Source: Streptosporangiaceae bacterium
GTDB taxonomy: Bacteria; Actinomycetota; Actinomycetes; Streptosporangiales; Streptosporangiaceae
DNA: 64,000 nt
Assembly: GCA_035507615.1 (NCBI GenBank)
Contig: DATJNX010000078.1
Span: 31,244 to 95,243 of the forward strand
Direction of reading: 5' to 3'
Under the pieces are notes generated by a model. It was not told the DNA's origin. It saw nothing but the letters and a program-made list of their open reading frames with translations, and made no database searches. Shown here one piece after another: positions 36,634 through 51,285 of this stretch (positions within the stretch are counted from its first letter, which is position 1; the number at the start of each line of letters is the position of its first letter). The translations under genes were made by a program, and so were the position numbers.

Positions 36634-37857
36634 ATGCCCGAGGCAGTAGTCGTCGCCACCGCCCGCTCGCCGATCGGCCGGGCATTCAAGGGATCACTTA
36701 CCACTATCCGCCCGGACGACCTCACTGTGCAGATGGTTGCCGCCGCGCTGGCCAAGGTGCCGCAGGTAGACCCGGCGCAGATCAGCGACCTGATCCTGGG
36801 CTGCGGCCTCCCCGGCGGTGAGCAGGGCTACAACATGGCCCGCGTGGTCGCCGTCATGCTCGGCTATGACACGCTGCCCGGCACCACCATCACCAGGTAC
36901 TGCTCGTCTTCGCTGCAGAGCACCCGGATGGCCTTCCACGCGATCAAGGCGGGCGAGGGCGACATATACATCTCAGCCGGTGTCGAGACCGTCAGCCGGT
37001 TCGCCCCGCCCAAGGGCAGCAGCGACGGAGCACCGGACACCAAGAACCCGGTCTTCGCCGGCGCCGAGGCCAGGGCCGAGGAGATGAAGAAGGGCGGCTT
37101 CCACTGGACCGACCCCCGCGAAGACGGCAACGTCCCTGACGTCTATATCGCGATGGGCCAGACCGCCGAGAACGTGGCCGAACTCCGCGGCGTCAGCCGC
37201 GAGGAGCAGGACGAGTTCGGTGTCCGGTCACAGAACCTGGCCGAGAAGGCTCTCGCCGATGGCTTCTGGCAGCGGGACATCACGCGGGCGACCTTGCCGG
37301 ACGGGACCGTTGTCACGGCTGATGACGGACCGCGGCCCGGCACTACGCTCGAGAAGGTCTCCCAGCTCCAGCCGGTATTCCGGCCGGACGGCACGGTCAC
37401 GGCTGGCAACTGCTGCCCGCTCAACGACGGTGCCGCGGCGGTGATCGTGATGAGCGATACCAAGGCCGCGGAGCTTGGCATCACGCCGCTGGCCAGGATC
37501 GTGTCGACGGGCGTCACCGCGCTGTCGCCGGAGATCATGGGCCTCGGCCCGGTCGAGGCCTCCCGCCAGGCGCTGAGCCGGGCGGGCATGACCATTGACG
37601 ATGTCGACCTGGTGGAGATCAACGAGGCCTTCGCCGCCCAGGTGATCCCCTCCTACACCGACCTTGGCGTCAGCATCGACAAGCTGAACGTCAACGGCGG
37701 GGCTATCGCGGTCGGCCACCCGTTCGGCATGACCGGCGCGCGGATCACCTCCACCCTGCTGAACAGCCTGTCGTTCCACGACAAGTCGATCGGCCTGGAG
37801 ACCATGTGCGTCGGCGGCGGCCAGGGCATGGCGATGATCTTCGAGCGCCTCAGCTAG
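36634..37857 (+). CDS. Acetyl-CoA C-acetyltransferase / 3-ketoacyl-CoA thiolase
   Basis: Thiolase motifs YCSSSLQS (active Cys), [19 protein letters not shown] and CVGGGQG. Confidence 0.92.
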   Translation: MPEAVVVATARSPIGRAFKGSLTTIRPDDLTVQMVAAALAKVPQVDPAQISDLILGCGLPGGEQGYNMARVVAVMLGYDTLPGTTITRYCSSSLQSTRMAFHAIKAGEGDIYISAGVETVSRFAPPKGSSDGAPDTKNPVFAGAEARAEEMKKGGFHWTDPREDGNVPDVYIAMGQTAENVAELRGVSREEQDEFGVRSQNLAEKALADGFWQRDITRATLPDGTVVTADDGPRPGTTLEKVSQLQPVFRPDGTVTAGNCCPLNDGAAAVIVMSDTKAAELGITPLARIVSTGVTALSPEIMGLGPVEASRQALSRAGMTIDDVDLVEINEAFAAQVIPSYTDLGVSIDKLNVNGGAIAVGHPFGMTGARITSTLLNSLSFHDKSIGLETMCVGGGQGMAMIFERLS

Positions 37858-37882
37858 CGCCAGCGGCACCTTCACGCTGGCG
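37858..37882 (+). terminator. Hairpin directly after the thiolase stop (CGCCAGCG, 9 nt loop, CGCTGGCG)
   Basis: 8-bp perfect stem starting 1 nt after TAG 37855-37857. No clear U-tract. Confidence 0.4.
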
Positions 37883-38045
37883 GCAAGGATCTGGGTGCTA
37901 TGCCCGGAAGGCGGCGTCGCGTCAAACAGGGCATTACGGAATGGTTTCAATCGGGGGTTGTCACAACGCGCCCGGTGGTGCACTCTCGACAGCAAGGACT
38001 CCCTCGCCCTGGAGGTGCGCATTGTCCCTGACCCACTCTCCGGAG

Positions 38046-38255
38046 ATGCATCAGAACCTGCTTGCCCGCATCCCGTCCGTTACCGGACTCCAACTCCGAG
38101 AGTGGTTCAGCCGTCTTGAGTCTGGCCCTGCGTTCCTGAGATGCAATGAGCGCGCGAACTGGCTGTCTGACGAGCACGGGCTGTCGCACGGCTACGCCAG
38201 CGCGATTGTGCACGAGTACGAGGTGCAGCGCCGCAGCAGGCTTTTCGGGGCCTGA
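38046..38255 (+). CDS. DUF4287-like small protein
   Basis: ...ANWLSDEHGLSHGYASAIVHEY matches the conserved W-L-x-GL-x-HG-x-A-x-AIVH core of DUF4287 as I recall it. Start chosen at ATG 38046. Confidence 0.6.
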   Translation: MHQNLLARIPSVTGLQLREWFSRLESGPAFLRCNERANWLSDEHGLSHGYASAIVHEYEVQRRSRLFGA

Positions 38256-38263
38256 CGGCGCCG

Positions 38264-38674
38264 GTGGACATCAGGCGGGCCACCGGCTTTCTGTCCACCC
38301 ATCCGCGGGCAGTTCTGGCTACTACCAGGTCAGATGGCCGCCCGCAGCTTTCGCCGGTAGTCGCAGCGGTAGATGACGACGGCCGTGTGCTGATCAGCAC
38401 CAGGGAGACGGCCATCAAGGCGAAGAACCTGGCGCGAGACCCTCGAGCGTCGCTGTGCGGGCTGAACGACGGCTTCTTCGGCGAATGGGTGCAGGCTGAG
38501 GGCAACGCTGAGCTTATTCACCTGCCGGACGCCATGCCACTCCTCGAGGACTACTACCGGCGGGTCTCTGGCGAGCACCCGGACTGGGCTGAGTACCGCG
38601 ACGCGATGCGAAGAGATAAGCGCCTGATCATCAGAATTACGGTCGACCGTGCCGGACCGGACGTGAGCGGGTGA
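38264..38674 (+). CDS. PPOX-class (pyridoxamine 5'-phosphate oxidase-like) probable F420-dependent enzyme
   Basis: FLSTHPRAVLATTRSDGRPQLSPV...ISTRETAIKAKNLARDPRASL is typical of this family. Confidence 0.8.
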   Translation: MDIRRATGFLSTHPRAVLATTRSDGRPQLSPVVAAVDDDGRVLISTRETAIKAKNLARDPRASLCGLNDGFFGEWVQAEGNAELIHLPDAMPLLEDYYRRVSGEHPDWAEYRDAMRRDKRLIIRITVDRAGPDVSG

Positions 38675-38910
38675 TGAGGCAGAAACGTAGCTGCTTAGCT
38701 GCAATGTCGTTTCCTGGCGTACCGCGCCGGGCAACTGAATGCTGCCCGAAATTGGCTGCAGGTGTCACCCGCCAGCGGTTAATCGCGGCAGAATCCGGCT
38801 ACGTTACCGCGCGGCCAATTCTAGCTGAACTCGGCGAAGCAATCCGTGCCTGCTGAATGGCGGGTCAGATAACCGGCCTCGTGAACGAGCATTTACCCGC
38901 AGGTCAGTAG

Positions 38911-38984
38911 TACCCCCGGTCGGAGTCGAACCGACACTGGGGACCCTTTTAGGGGGCCGGCCTCTTCCCTTGGGCTACGGGGGC
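38911..38984 (-). tRNA. tRNA, 74 nt, class I architecture. Best-fit anticodon is UAA (Leu codon UUA), but the anticodon loop is atypical (CCUAAAA).
   Basis: Manual fold: GCCCCCG UA GCCC AAGGGAAG AGGC C GGCCC CCUAAAA GGGUC CCCAGU GUCGG UUCGACU CCGAC CGGGGGU A. It has a canonical T-arm, U8/A14, a GG in the D-loop, and no encoded CCA. Confidence 0.7.
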
Positions 38985-39200
38985 ATTGCGATGATACCCC
39001 GCGCCCATCTTGGACTCTAGATATGACAATTACTTAGGGCCGTTTCCCTGCCAATGTCAGGTATCTTATCTGTGCGATCTTTCGCACTCAGGTTAGTCGC
39101 AGGACACTCCGCGTAACCAATGCGCTATTGGCATTAACCCTGGGTGATCCCGGATTCGCGGCTGCACAAGATCACTCGCACTGCCCGGGCAGCAGAGGCG

Positions 39201-39806
39201 TCAGGCATGCCGGCCGACTCCGGCGAGTTCGAGCAAGGTGTCGACAGCGGTTTCGAGTGGACCGGTATTTCGCTGGACCTGGGCGAGCAGTAGCCCGCCT
39301 TGGATGACGGCGAGGAGGGTGACTGCCAGGTCGTCAGGGTCCGTGCCGTCCGGCAGGTACCCGGCGGCCTGAAGGCTGCTCAGGCCGTCGCTGATCGCGG
39401 CTGACCACTGCCCGAATCCGGCCGCGATAAGCGCGCGGGCCTGCGCGTCGTTCTCGGCCACTTGCCCGGCCAGCGAGCCCAGCGGGCAGCCGCCCCTGCC
39501 TGCACTGCGCTTTGCCTCCGCGATCAGCATGGTGCGCCAGTTCCGGAGCCCTGCCGGGCTGCTGAGATCTGCCCGTCGCTGGTTGCCGGCAATGGTTGCG
39601 GCCTGTCGGTCGATGACCGCCTGCACAAGCTCGTCCTTGTCGGCGAAGTAGTGAGACAGCTGCGACCCGCTCACGCCAGCCGCCGATCTGATGTCCTCCA
39701 GCGTGGTCCCCGCCACACCCCGCTCGTGGATGAGCCGGGCTGCCGCATCGACGATCCGGCCCCGGGTGCGCTCTCCCTTCGGCGTCAGCACGGGCCGGTC
39801 CTGCAT
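39201..39806 (-). CDS. TetR-family transcriptional regulator
   Basis: N-terminal HTH RIVDAAARLIHERGVAGTTLEDIRSAAGVSGSQLSHYF. Confidence 0.9.
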   Translation of the reverse strand: MQDRPVLTPKGERTRGRIVDAAARLIHERGVAGTTLEDIRSAAGVSGSQLSHYFADKDELVQAVIDRQAATIAGNQRRADLSSPAGLRNWRTMLIAEAKRSAGRGGCPLGSLAGQVAENDAQARALIAAGFGQWSAAISDGLSSLQAAGYLPDGTDPDDLAVTLLAVIQGGLLLAQVQRNTGPLETAVDTLLELAGVGRHA

Positions 39807-39846
39807 CTCGCGTCTCGTGTTGCTACGTTACCGTCTTCTGGGTTTG

Positions 39847-39895
39847 ACAACCCACTTCTCTGCCGGCCACAGTGGGTCGTACAACCCATTCTCTG
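39847..39895. promoter_or_regulatory. Direct repeat ACAACCCA(C)TTCTCTG x2, with ACCCAC/GTGGGT inverted pair, in the TetR/NmrA divergent intergenic region (candidate operator)
   Basis: Copies at 39847-39862 and 39881-39895. GTGGGT at 39872-39877 is complementary to ACCCAC at 39851-39856. Confidence 0.35.
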
Positions 39896-39913
39896 GTAAG
39901 CGAGGGCGTTACC

Positions 39914-40756
39914 TTGATTCTTGTGACAACGGCCGGGAAGGTCGGTGCCGAGACCGTCAGCCTGCTACGGGACAGGGGCATGCCCGTCCGGGTTCTGGTT
40001 CGCAACCCGGCAAAGGCAGCCGCACTGGCCGAGGCGGGCGCCGAAATCGCCGAGGGTGACCTCGACATGCCTGCGACGATTGACGAGGCAATGACAGGCG
40101 TCAGCGCCGTGGTGCTCGTCAGCCCGGCCGTGCCGGCGCAGGAGTTGAACGTGGTCGCCAGTGCCGCGCGCGCCGGCGTCGGGCACGTGGTCAAGGCGAC
40201 CAGCAAGGCCTCGGCTGACTCCCCGATAGCTCGGCGGCGCTGGCAAGCCGAGATCGAGGCAGGCCTGGCCGCCTGCGGGATCCCGCACACGCTGTTGCGG
40301 TCGAACGCCTACATGCAGAACGTCCTGGCGCTGGCGCCGGCGATCGCGAGCTCGAGCAGTTTCGGTTCAGCGGCGCGCAACGGCCGCTTCGGCCTCGTCG
40401 ACGCCAGGGACGTCGCGGCAGTGGCGGCGAAGATCGCCGCATCTCCCGCCCCGCATGCTGGCCAGACTTACTGGCTCACTGGCCCCGGCCTGGTCTCCAA
40501 CTATGACGTGGCCGCCGTCCTGTCCAAGCAGCTTGGCAGGACCATTGCCTACCGTGAGCTCACCCTCGAGGCGAACACAGCGGCCATGATCAAGGCCGGC
40601 GTGCCAGAGCAGATCGCGCAGATGAACGCCCAGGCGTTCAGCCTGGCCGCCGACGGCGATGCCGAATGGATCACCGACGACGTACCGTCGCTCCTTGGCC
40701 GCCCCGCACGGTCCTTCGAGCAGTTCGTCAGCGACTACGCCACCGCTTTCTCCTAG
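39914..40756 (+). CDS. NmrA-like / atypical SDR NAD(P)H-binding protein
   Basis: (M)[17 protein letters not shown] Rossmann start. TTG 39914 is preceded by GAGGG. The ORF-track start 39872 would place the operator-like repeat inside the gene. Confidence 0.8.
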   Translation: MILVTTAGKVGAETVSLLRDRGMPVRVLVRNPAKAAALAEAGAEIAEGDLDMPATIDEAMTGVSAVVLVSPAVPAQELNVVASAARAGVGHVVKATSKASADSPIARRRWQAEIEAGLAACGIPHTLLRSNAYMQNVLALAPAIASSSSFGSAARNGRFGLVDARDVAAVAAKIAASPAPHAGQTYWLTGPGLVSNYDVAAVLSKQLGRTIAYRELTLEANTAAMIKAGVPEQIAQMNAQAFSLAADGDAEWITDDVPSLLGRPARSFEQFVSDYATAFS

Positions 40757-41598
40757 CCGCCAGCGGACAGGTCGCTGGCCCGGCTGAACACGTCATCGAG
40801 CATGCCGTCGGTGACCCGGCCGGTGAAGGTGTTCTGCTGACTCGGGTGATAGCAGCCCAGCACGGTAAGTCCGGCCCTGGCAGATCCAGGAGCAGCCAGT
40901 CGCACCTCGGTGCCGTGACCGAACGCCGGCCGGGGCCTCGGCACCGGGTAGCCGCCAGCCGATAGCTGCGGCCAGAGCGCCTGCCAGGCGTAATGCCCGA
41001 GGCATACGACGACCCGGAGGTTGTCCCGTAGCAGGCGTAGCTCCGCTGCCAGCCATGGAGCGCAGGCATCTCGCTCGGCAGGCTCCGGTTTGTTTGCGGG
41101 CGGTGCGCAGTGCACAGCCGCTGCCACGCGCGTGTTGATGAGCCGCTGACCGTCGCCGGCCCGGACTGACTCGGGCTGCGCGGCGAGACCGCACCGCCAC
41201 AGCGAGGCGAAGAGCACGTCGCCGCTCCGGTCACCGGTGAAGATGCGGCCAGTGCGGTTTCCTCCGTGGGCGGCCGGCGCCAGCCCGAGAATCAGGATGG
41301 CCGCGTGCTCGTCGCCCCAGCCGGGCACCGGGCGTCCCCAGTAAGTCTCGCCAGCGAACGAGCGACGCCTGGTCAGTGCGACCTCCTCGCGCCAGCGCAC
41401 CAACCTGTCGCAGGCACGACAGACCGACTCGCGGGCTGCGACCTCAGCCAGCGAGCCGGCGCTAGCGGCTAGCGCCCGGACCTCGGCCGCGCTGCTCGCC
41501 ACCGGCGTTGAGGCCGTTGCGGGGTCCTCCGGCCAGCCGCTGCCGGGCGGCACGGCGGCCTGCCGGTCCGGCACGGCACCCTCAGTCACGGGCGGCAA
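40753..41598 (-). CDS. Uracil-DNA glycosylase superfamily protein (family 4/5-like)
   Basis: [19 protein letters not shown] motif and C-terminal GCYHPSQQN motif. The start is uncertain because it overlaps the ppx end. Confidence 0.75.
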   Translation of the reverse strand: MPPVTEGAVPDRQAAVPPGSGWPEDPATASTPVASSAAEVRALAASAGSLAEVAARESVCRACDRLVRWREEVALTRRRSFAGETYWGRPVPGWGDEHAAILILGLAPAAHGGNRTGRIFTGDRSGDVLFASLWRCGLAAQPESVRAGDGQRLINTRVAAAVHCAPPANKPEPAERDACAPWLAAELRLLRDNLRVVVCLGHYAWQALWPQLSAGGYPVPRPRPAFGHGTEVRLAAPGSARAGLTVLGCYHPSQQNTFTGRVTDGMLDDVFSRASDLSAGG

Positions 41599-42547
41599 GT
41601 GACCAGGCGATGCCGTCGAGGATGTCGTGTTCGCTGGCGACTAGCTCGGCGAACCCGTACCGCTGCATGATCCGGTCCAGGACGAGCGCCCCGGCTCCGA
41701 TGATGTCCACCCGGCCCGGATGCATGGAGCCGATCTCAGCCCGCTGCTCGCGCGTCTGGCCGAGCAACCGCTCGGTGACCGCGTGAACGACCTGCGCTGA
41801 GATCCTCGCGTGATGAGTCCGCGCCGGGTCATACGCGGGCAGGCCGAGCGCGATGGCGGTGACAGTGGTGACTGATCCGGCAAGGCCGACCAGCGTGCGG
41901 GCCTGGCGCACGGCGATGGCCGCCTCCACCGCGCCGAGCGCGCGGTCGATATCCGCGGTCGCCGCGTCAACTTGCGCCGCAGTAGGCGGATCGGAATGCA
42001 AGTGCCGTTCGGTCAGCCGCACGCAGCCGATATCGACCGAGATCGCGGCCAGGTCAGCTGCCGCTGCGAGCCCGTTCCCGAGTACGAATTCGGTCGATCC
42101 GCCGCCGATATCGACTACGAGGAAGGGCGGAACCGGTGACTGGCCGGCATTGGCGCTTGCCGCAGCGAACTCGGCGGTCGCGCCAGCGAACGACAGCCGG
42201 GCCTCCTCGCTGCCGCTGATGACCTCAGGCGTGATGCCGAGCGCGGCCTGGACGCCGCCCGAGAAGTCAGCAGCGTTACCGGCGTCTCTGGTCGCGCTGG
42301 TGGCGACCATCCGCACCGCTGCCACGTCCGCGGCGCCGATCTGCTTTGCGTACTCGGCCAGCATGCGCAGCGTGCGGTCGAGCGCTTCGGGGGCAAGCAT
42401 GCCGGTGGCATCCACCCCCTGCCCCAGCCGGACGATTTCCATCCGCCGTTCGAGATCGGTCAGCTTGCCTCGCGCTATATCGACGTCCGCGATCAGCAGC
42501 CGGAGCGAGTTCGTCCCGCAGTCGATGGCCGCCACGCGCATGGTCAT
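41582..42547 (-). CDS. ppx: Exopolyphosphatase / Ppx-GppA family phosphatase
   Basis: [19 protein letters not shown]...[11 protein letters not shown]. Conserved synteny with DUF501-ftsB-eno. Confidence 0.9.
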   Translation of the reverse strand: MTMRVAAIDCGTNSLRLLIADVDIARGKLTDLERRMEIVRLGQGVDATGMLAPEALDRTLRMLAEYAKQIGAADVAAVRMVATSATRDAGNAADFSGGVQAALGITPEVISGSEEARLSFAGATAEFAAASANAGQSPVPPFLVVDIGGGSTEFVLGNGLAAAADLAAISVDIGCVRLTERHLHSDPPTAAQVDAATADIDRALGAVEAAIAVRQARTLVGLAGSVTTVTAIALGLPAYDPARTHHARISAQVVHAVTERLLGQTREQRAEIGSMHPGRVDIIGAGALVLDRIMQRYGFAELVASEHDILDGIAWSLAARD

Positions 42548-43116
42548 CGGTCCGCCTTCCGGGCGCCGTCAGTTCCCTGACCCGCGAGCTGCGCCGCGCT
42601 CACGCATCGTCCCGCGTGCCACCACTCCCCGGCCCGGCGCACTGCCTCCTCGCCGAGCGGATTGATGCCCGGCACGGCCAGGGCGTGCGCGGCGAGCGCA
42701 TGCAGGCACTTCACCCGGTCCGGCATGCCGCCCGCGCTTTGCGTGCCGGGCGGCAGCGGCTCGAGCCCGGCGGCGGCTGCTGCCCTGTCCCGGCGCGCCA
42801 GGTAATCGTCGTGAGCCGCACGGTAGCTCGTTCGCAGGGACGAGTCGGACTGCAGCCGCGCAGTCATCTCGCGCATTACCCCGGCAGCCTCCAGGCTGCT
42901 CAGCGCCCCGCACGCGCGCGGGCAGGTGAGGTAGAACAGCGTCGGGAACGGAGTGCCGTCTGGCAGCCGGGGAGCCGTCTGCACTACGTCCGGCAGGCTG
43001 CAGGGGCAGCGGTGCGCAATCGCCATCACGCCCCTGGGCGGCCGGCCGAGTTGCTCGGTGACTACCGCCAGGTCAGCCGCGGCCGGCCGGTGAGCAGGCC
43101 CGCAGGGCTCGGTCAC
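42544..43116 (-). CDS. DUF501 domain protein
   Basis: ...IAHRCPCSLPDVVQTAPRLPDGTPFPTLFYLTCPRA... has the conserved Cys pattern, and sits between ppx and ftsB. Confidence 0.8.
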   Translation of the reverse strand: MTEPCGPAHRPAAADLAVVTEQLGRPPRGVMAIAHRCPCSLPDVVQTAPRLPDGTPFPTLFYLTCPRACGALSSLEAAGVMREMTARLQSDSSLRTSYRAAHDDYLARRDRAAAAAGLEPLPPGTQSAGGMPDRVKCLHALAAHALAVPGINPLGEEAVRRAGEWWHAGRCVSAAQLAGQGTDGARKADR

Positions 43117-43120
43117 GTGA

Positions 43121-44982
<1,862 letters not shown>

Positions 44983-45702
44983 CTAGCGAGTCCCGGCTTC
45001 CCAGGCGCGTACCCGGTCGGCGTACGCGCGTGCGGCGGCACGCAGTTCGAGCTCAGGATCCAGTCCCTCCGCTCGTGCCCGGTTCACCAGCGCGAACAGT
45101 TCCCGGCCGGTATCGCTTACGCCGGACGTATCGGCGGGCAGATCAGCGAGCTGTTCGGGTGCGCCAGCCCGCTCAGCGCGGCGCTGCAACTGGGCCGACA
45201 GCGACACCGCTGGCTGGCTCATGGGCACGCCGTCCAGCGCGGACGGCTGGCCAGGCTCGGCGGACTCGTCCGCTGCTGAGCGCGCGGCGGCGCGCTCAGC
45301 TGCCTTGATCGCATCCCAGTTCAGCGTCACCTCATCCGCTCCGGACACGGTGAGATCGCCGAACACGTGCGGGTGCCGGCGCGTCAGCTTCGAGATGATC
45401 CCGTCGGCCACGTCATCGATGTCGTAGCCGGTGCCGTCGGTCCGCTCCTGGGCCACCCGGGCGTGGAAAACCACCTGCAGCAGAACGTCCCCGAGCTCCT
45501 CGCGAACTGCGGCCTGATCCCCGGACGCGAGGGCGTCGACGGTCTCGTAAGTCTCCTCGAGCAGGTACGGCGCCAGGCTGGCGTGCGTCTGCCGGGCATC
45601 CCACGGGCAGTTGAGCCGCAGCGTGTCCATCACGTTGACGAGCTCGAGCAGCCGCGCCCCGTGCGCGCGGGCCGTCTCTTCCGGATCCGCGGACTCGGTC
45701 AC
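44983..45702 (-). CDS. mazG: MazG-family nucleoside triphosphate pyrophosphohydrolase
   Basis: CPWDARQTHASLAPYLLEETYETVDAL...ELGDVLLQVVFHA and HPHVFGD motifs. Confidence 0.9.
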   Translation of the reverse strand: MTESADPEETARAHGARLLELVNVMDTLRLNCPWDARQTHASLAPYLLEETYETVDALASGDQAAVREELGDVLLQVVFHARVAQERTDGTGYDIDDVADGIISKLTRRHPHVFGDLTVSGADEVTLNWDAIKAAERAAARSAADESAEPGQPSALDGVPMSQPAVSLSAQLQRRAERAGAPEQLADLPADTSGVSDTGRELFALVNRARAEGLDPELELRAAARAYADRVRAWEAGTR

Positions 45703-45718
45703 CTGCCGCTCCCGCTTC

Positions 45719-46408
45719 TCAGCAAGGCGGCTTGGTCAGCGCCGGGCTCGTAGTCGGGGACGGGGACGCTGCCGCGGCCAGGGTCGGCGGCGCTAGCACG
45801 ACGGAGTAGGTGTGGTAGTCCCAGACCCCGTATTGCGGGTTGACCGTGACGGCGAGATCCTTCGAGGCGAGGCACTGCTGGTGCTCCACCGCGGTCTCCA
45901 CCTTGGTCTGCTCGGCTGTGGTCGTAGGCGCTTTCCCGCCGTCGATCCGGCCCTCGAGCCTGGACAGGATCGCGAAGTACTGACCGAGCTGCGGCATCAG
46001 GTCCGGTGGCACGGCCCCGCCGGCCGTCACGTACTCCGTCAGGGTCACCTTGTTGGAAGCGGCCTGGCTACTCAGCTGGTCTAGCTGACGCTGCGCCTCC
46101 GCCGGACTGACGTAGATGTTGTTCCGCGAAGCAATCTGGTCGTAGATCCGGAACAAGATGAGCCAGGTGAGCACCTGCTGGGCTTCCTGGCCGACCGCGC
46201 GCTGCGGCTTGATGCCCTTTGCCTCGTCCGTCTGGTAAGCAGCGCTGAGGCTGGCGACCTGCGCGGTCAGCGTGGCGGCCGAGATCCGGTCGTTCCCGGT
46301 GATCGCCGCGGCACCCAGTTTCACCGTGCCGCAGGCGGATACCGCGAGGCCAGCGGCAGCCACCGCGGCCGCTGCCCGCAGCCACCGGCGGGTCTTGACG
46401 ATGCTCAT
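45719..46408 (-). CDS. Lipoprotein, SurA-N-terminal-domain-like (tentative)
   Basis: Signal peptide with lipobox VSAC. Position between mazG and mfd is conserved in actinomycetes as I recall. The fold assignment is tentative. Confidence 0.6.
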   Translation of the reverse strand: MSIVKTRRWLRAAAAVAAAGLAVSACGTVKLGAAAITGNDRISAATLTAQVASLSAAYQTDEAKGIKPQRAVGQEAQQVLTWLILFRIYDQIASRNNIYVSPAEAQRQLDQLSSQAASNKVTLTEYVTAGGAVPPDLMPQLGQYFAILSRLEGRIDGGKAPTTTAEQTKVETAVEHQQCLASKDLAVTVNPQYGVWDYHTYSVVLAPPTLAAAASPSPTTSPALTKPPC

Positions 46409-46449
46409 CCTTACCCTGTCCTCCCTGGTCAGGCCAGGGTCATCTGCTT

Positions 46450-50226
<3,777 letters not shown>

Positions 50227-50412
50227 TTCGTCCTAACTTAGGCAGCACGAAAGGCCCGCGCCGACTTGCAACCAGCCACTGTGAGAACGCCAGCGGCCGC
50301 GCGGTGAACGGCAACGGGATATGTACAGTGTACGGCTCCGCGTTCGGACGCGACGCGCCGAGCATCGCGGCGGCAATGAAAACGGCTGAGCGTAGCCATA
50401 GCGCTACGCTAA

Positions 50413-51249
50413 GTGCTCATGGCGACCTCAGACATGCCGCCAGGACTCGATGTCGTGACGACCAGCCCTGGCGCCAAAGGCAGGCACAGGGAACGGCCGG
50501 TCGCGGTTCGCGGAGCCCGGCCGCTTCGGGCGGATGCTACCGCGGAACAGTTCACGCGGTTCGCGGCCGAGTACGCGGCCCAGCATCGGGACCGCCCGAT
50601 CTGCATCCTCCAGGCGGGTTGCACCACAACTGGCCCTGAACTCGACTTGGCCGCGGTCCGCGCGAGCGGGGTCGACCTGGTGGTATCGCAGGTGGACGAT
50701 GACTGCTCGGCCGCGCGCGCGGTGGCCGAAAGCAGGCCGGAGCTGCGGTCAGCGACACTGGCTGAGCTCAGGCAGTTGCCGCTGGCACCCCGTTCCCTCG
50801 ATATCGTGCAGTGCTCCATGTTGCTGCACCGGATCGGGCACGCCGAACTCGTGCTCGGCCGGCTCGTCGACGGGCTGCGCCCTGGCGGGCTACTGCTGCT
50901 GCGGACGGCTGACCGGCAGACGGCTGCTGGAGTCCTCGACCGCATGCTTCCTGAGTTTGCGCGGGTCATGGCGTGGCGAATGGCCAGGCCCGGCGAGCCA
51001 GGACCGTTCCCGGCCCGGTACGAGCCGATCGCGTCCGAGCGCGGCGTCGAAGCGTTCGTCAGCAGGCACGGCCTCGTGATCGCGAATCGCCAGACCCGGC
51101 GCACCGTGCACGGGCCCGGACTCATCGCCGCGGCGGTCGGGCGCACGCTGATCGGATGGCTGTCCGGCGGCCACTTCACCAGCGGCCACGACGAGCTGCA
51201 CTACGTGATCAGGAAGCCAGAGGATCAGTTCGCGCGAGTCCTGTACTAG
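50413..51249 (+). CDS. Class I SAM-dependent methyltransferase-like protein (motif I atypical)
   Basis: The Methyltransf_11-like core is ...ILQAGCTTTG...LDIVQCSMLLHRI...LRPGGLLLL. The start is probably ATG 50419. Confidence 0.6.
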   Translation: MLMATSDMPPGLDVVTTSPGAKGRHRERPVAVRGARPLRADATAEQFTRFAAEYAAQHRDRPICILQAGCTTTGPELDLAAVRASGVDLVVSQVDDDCSAARAVAESRPELRSATLAELRQLPLAPRSLDIVQCSMLLHRIGHAELVLGRLVDGLRPGGLLLLRTADRQTAAGVLDRMLPEFARVMAWRMARPGEPGPFPARYEPIASERGVEAFVSRHGLVIANRQTRRTVHGPGLIAAAVGRTLIGWLSGGHFTSGHDELHYVIRKPEDQFARVLY

Positions 51250-51285
51250 CAGCACCTCTCCCGCCCGGCACGGGTAACCTCGGGC

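Noticed and set aside
38675-39200. Integrated mobile element next to the tRNA gene.
   Set aside because: The region is AT-richer, but I found no integrase, no direct repeat of the tRNA 3' end and no phage-like ORFs. The 61-codon ORF at 38671-38856 has no support.
50389-50410. 8-bp-stem hairpin AGCGTAGC-catagc-GCTACGCT just upstream of the methyltransferase start.
   Set aside because: The structure is real in the sequence, but there is no basis to assign a function (attenuator or protein site). No upstream gene on this strand needs a terminator.
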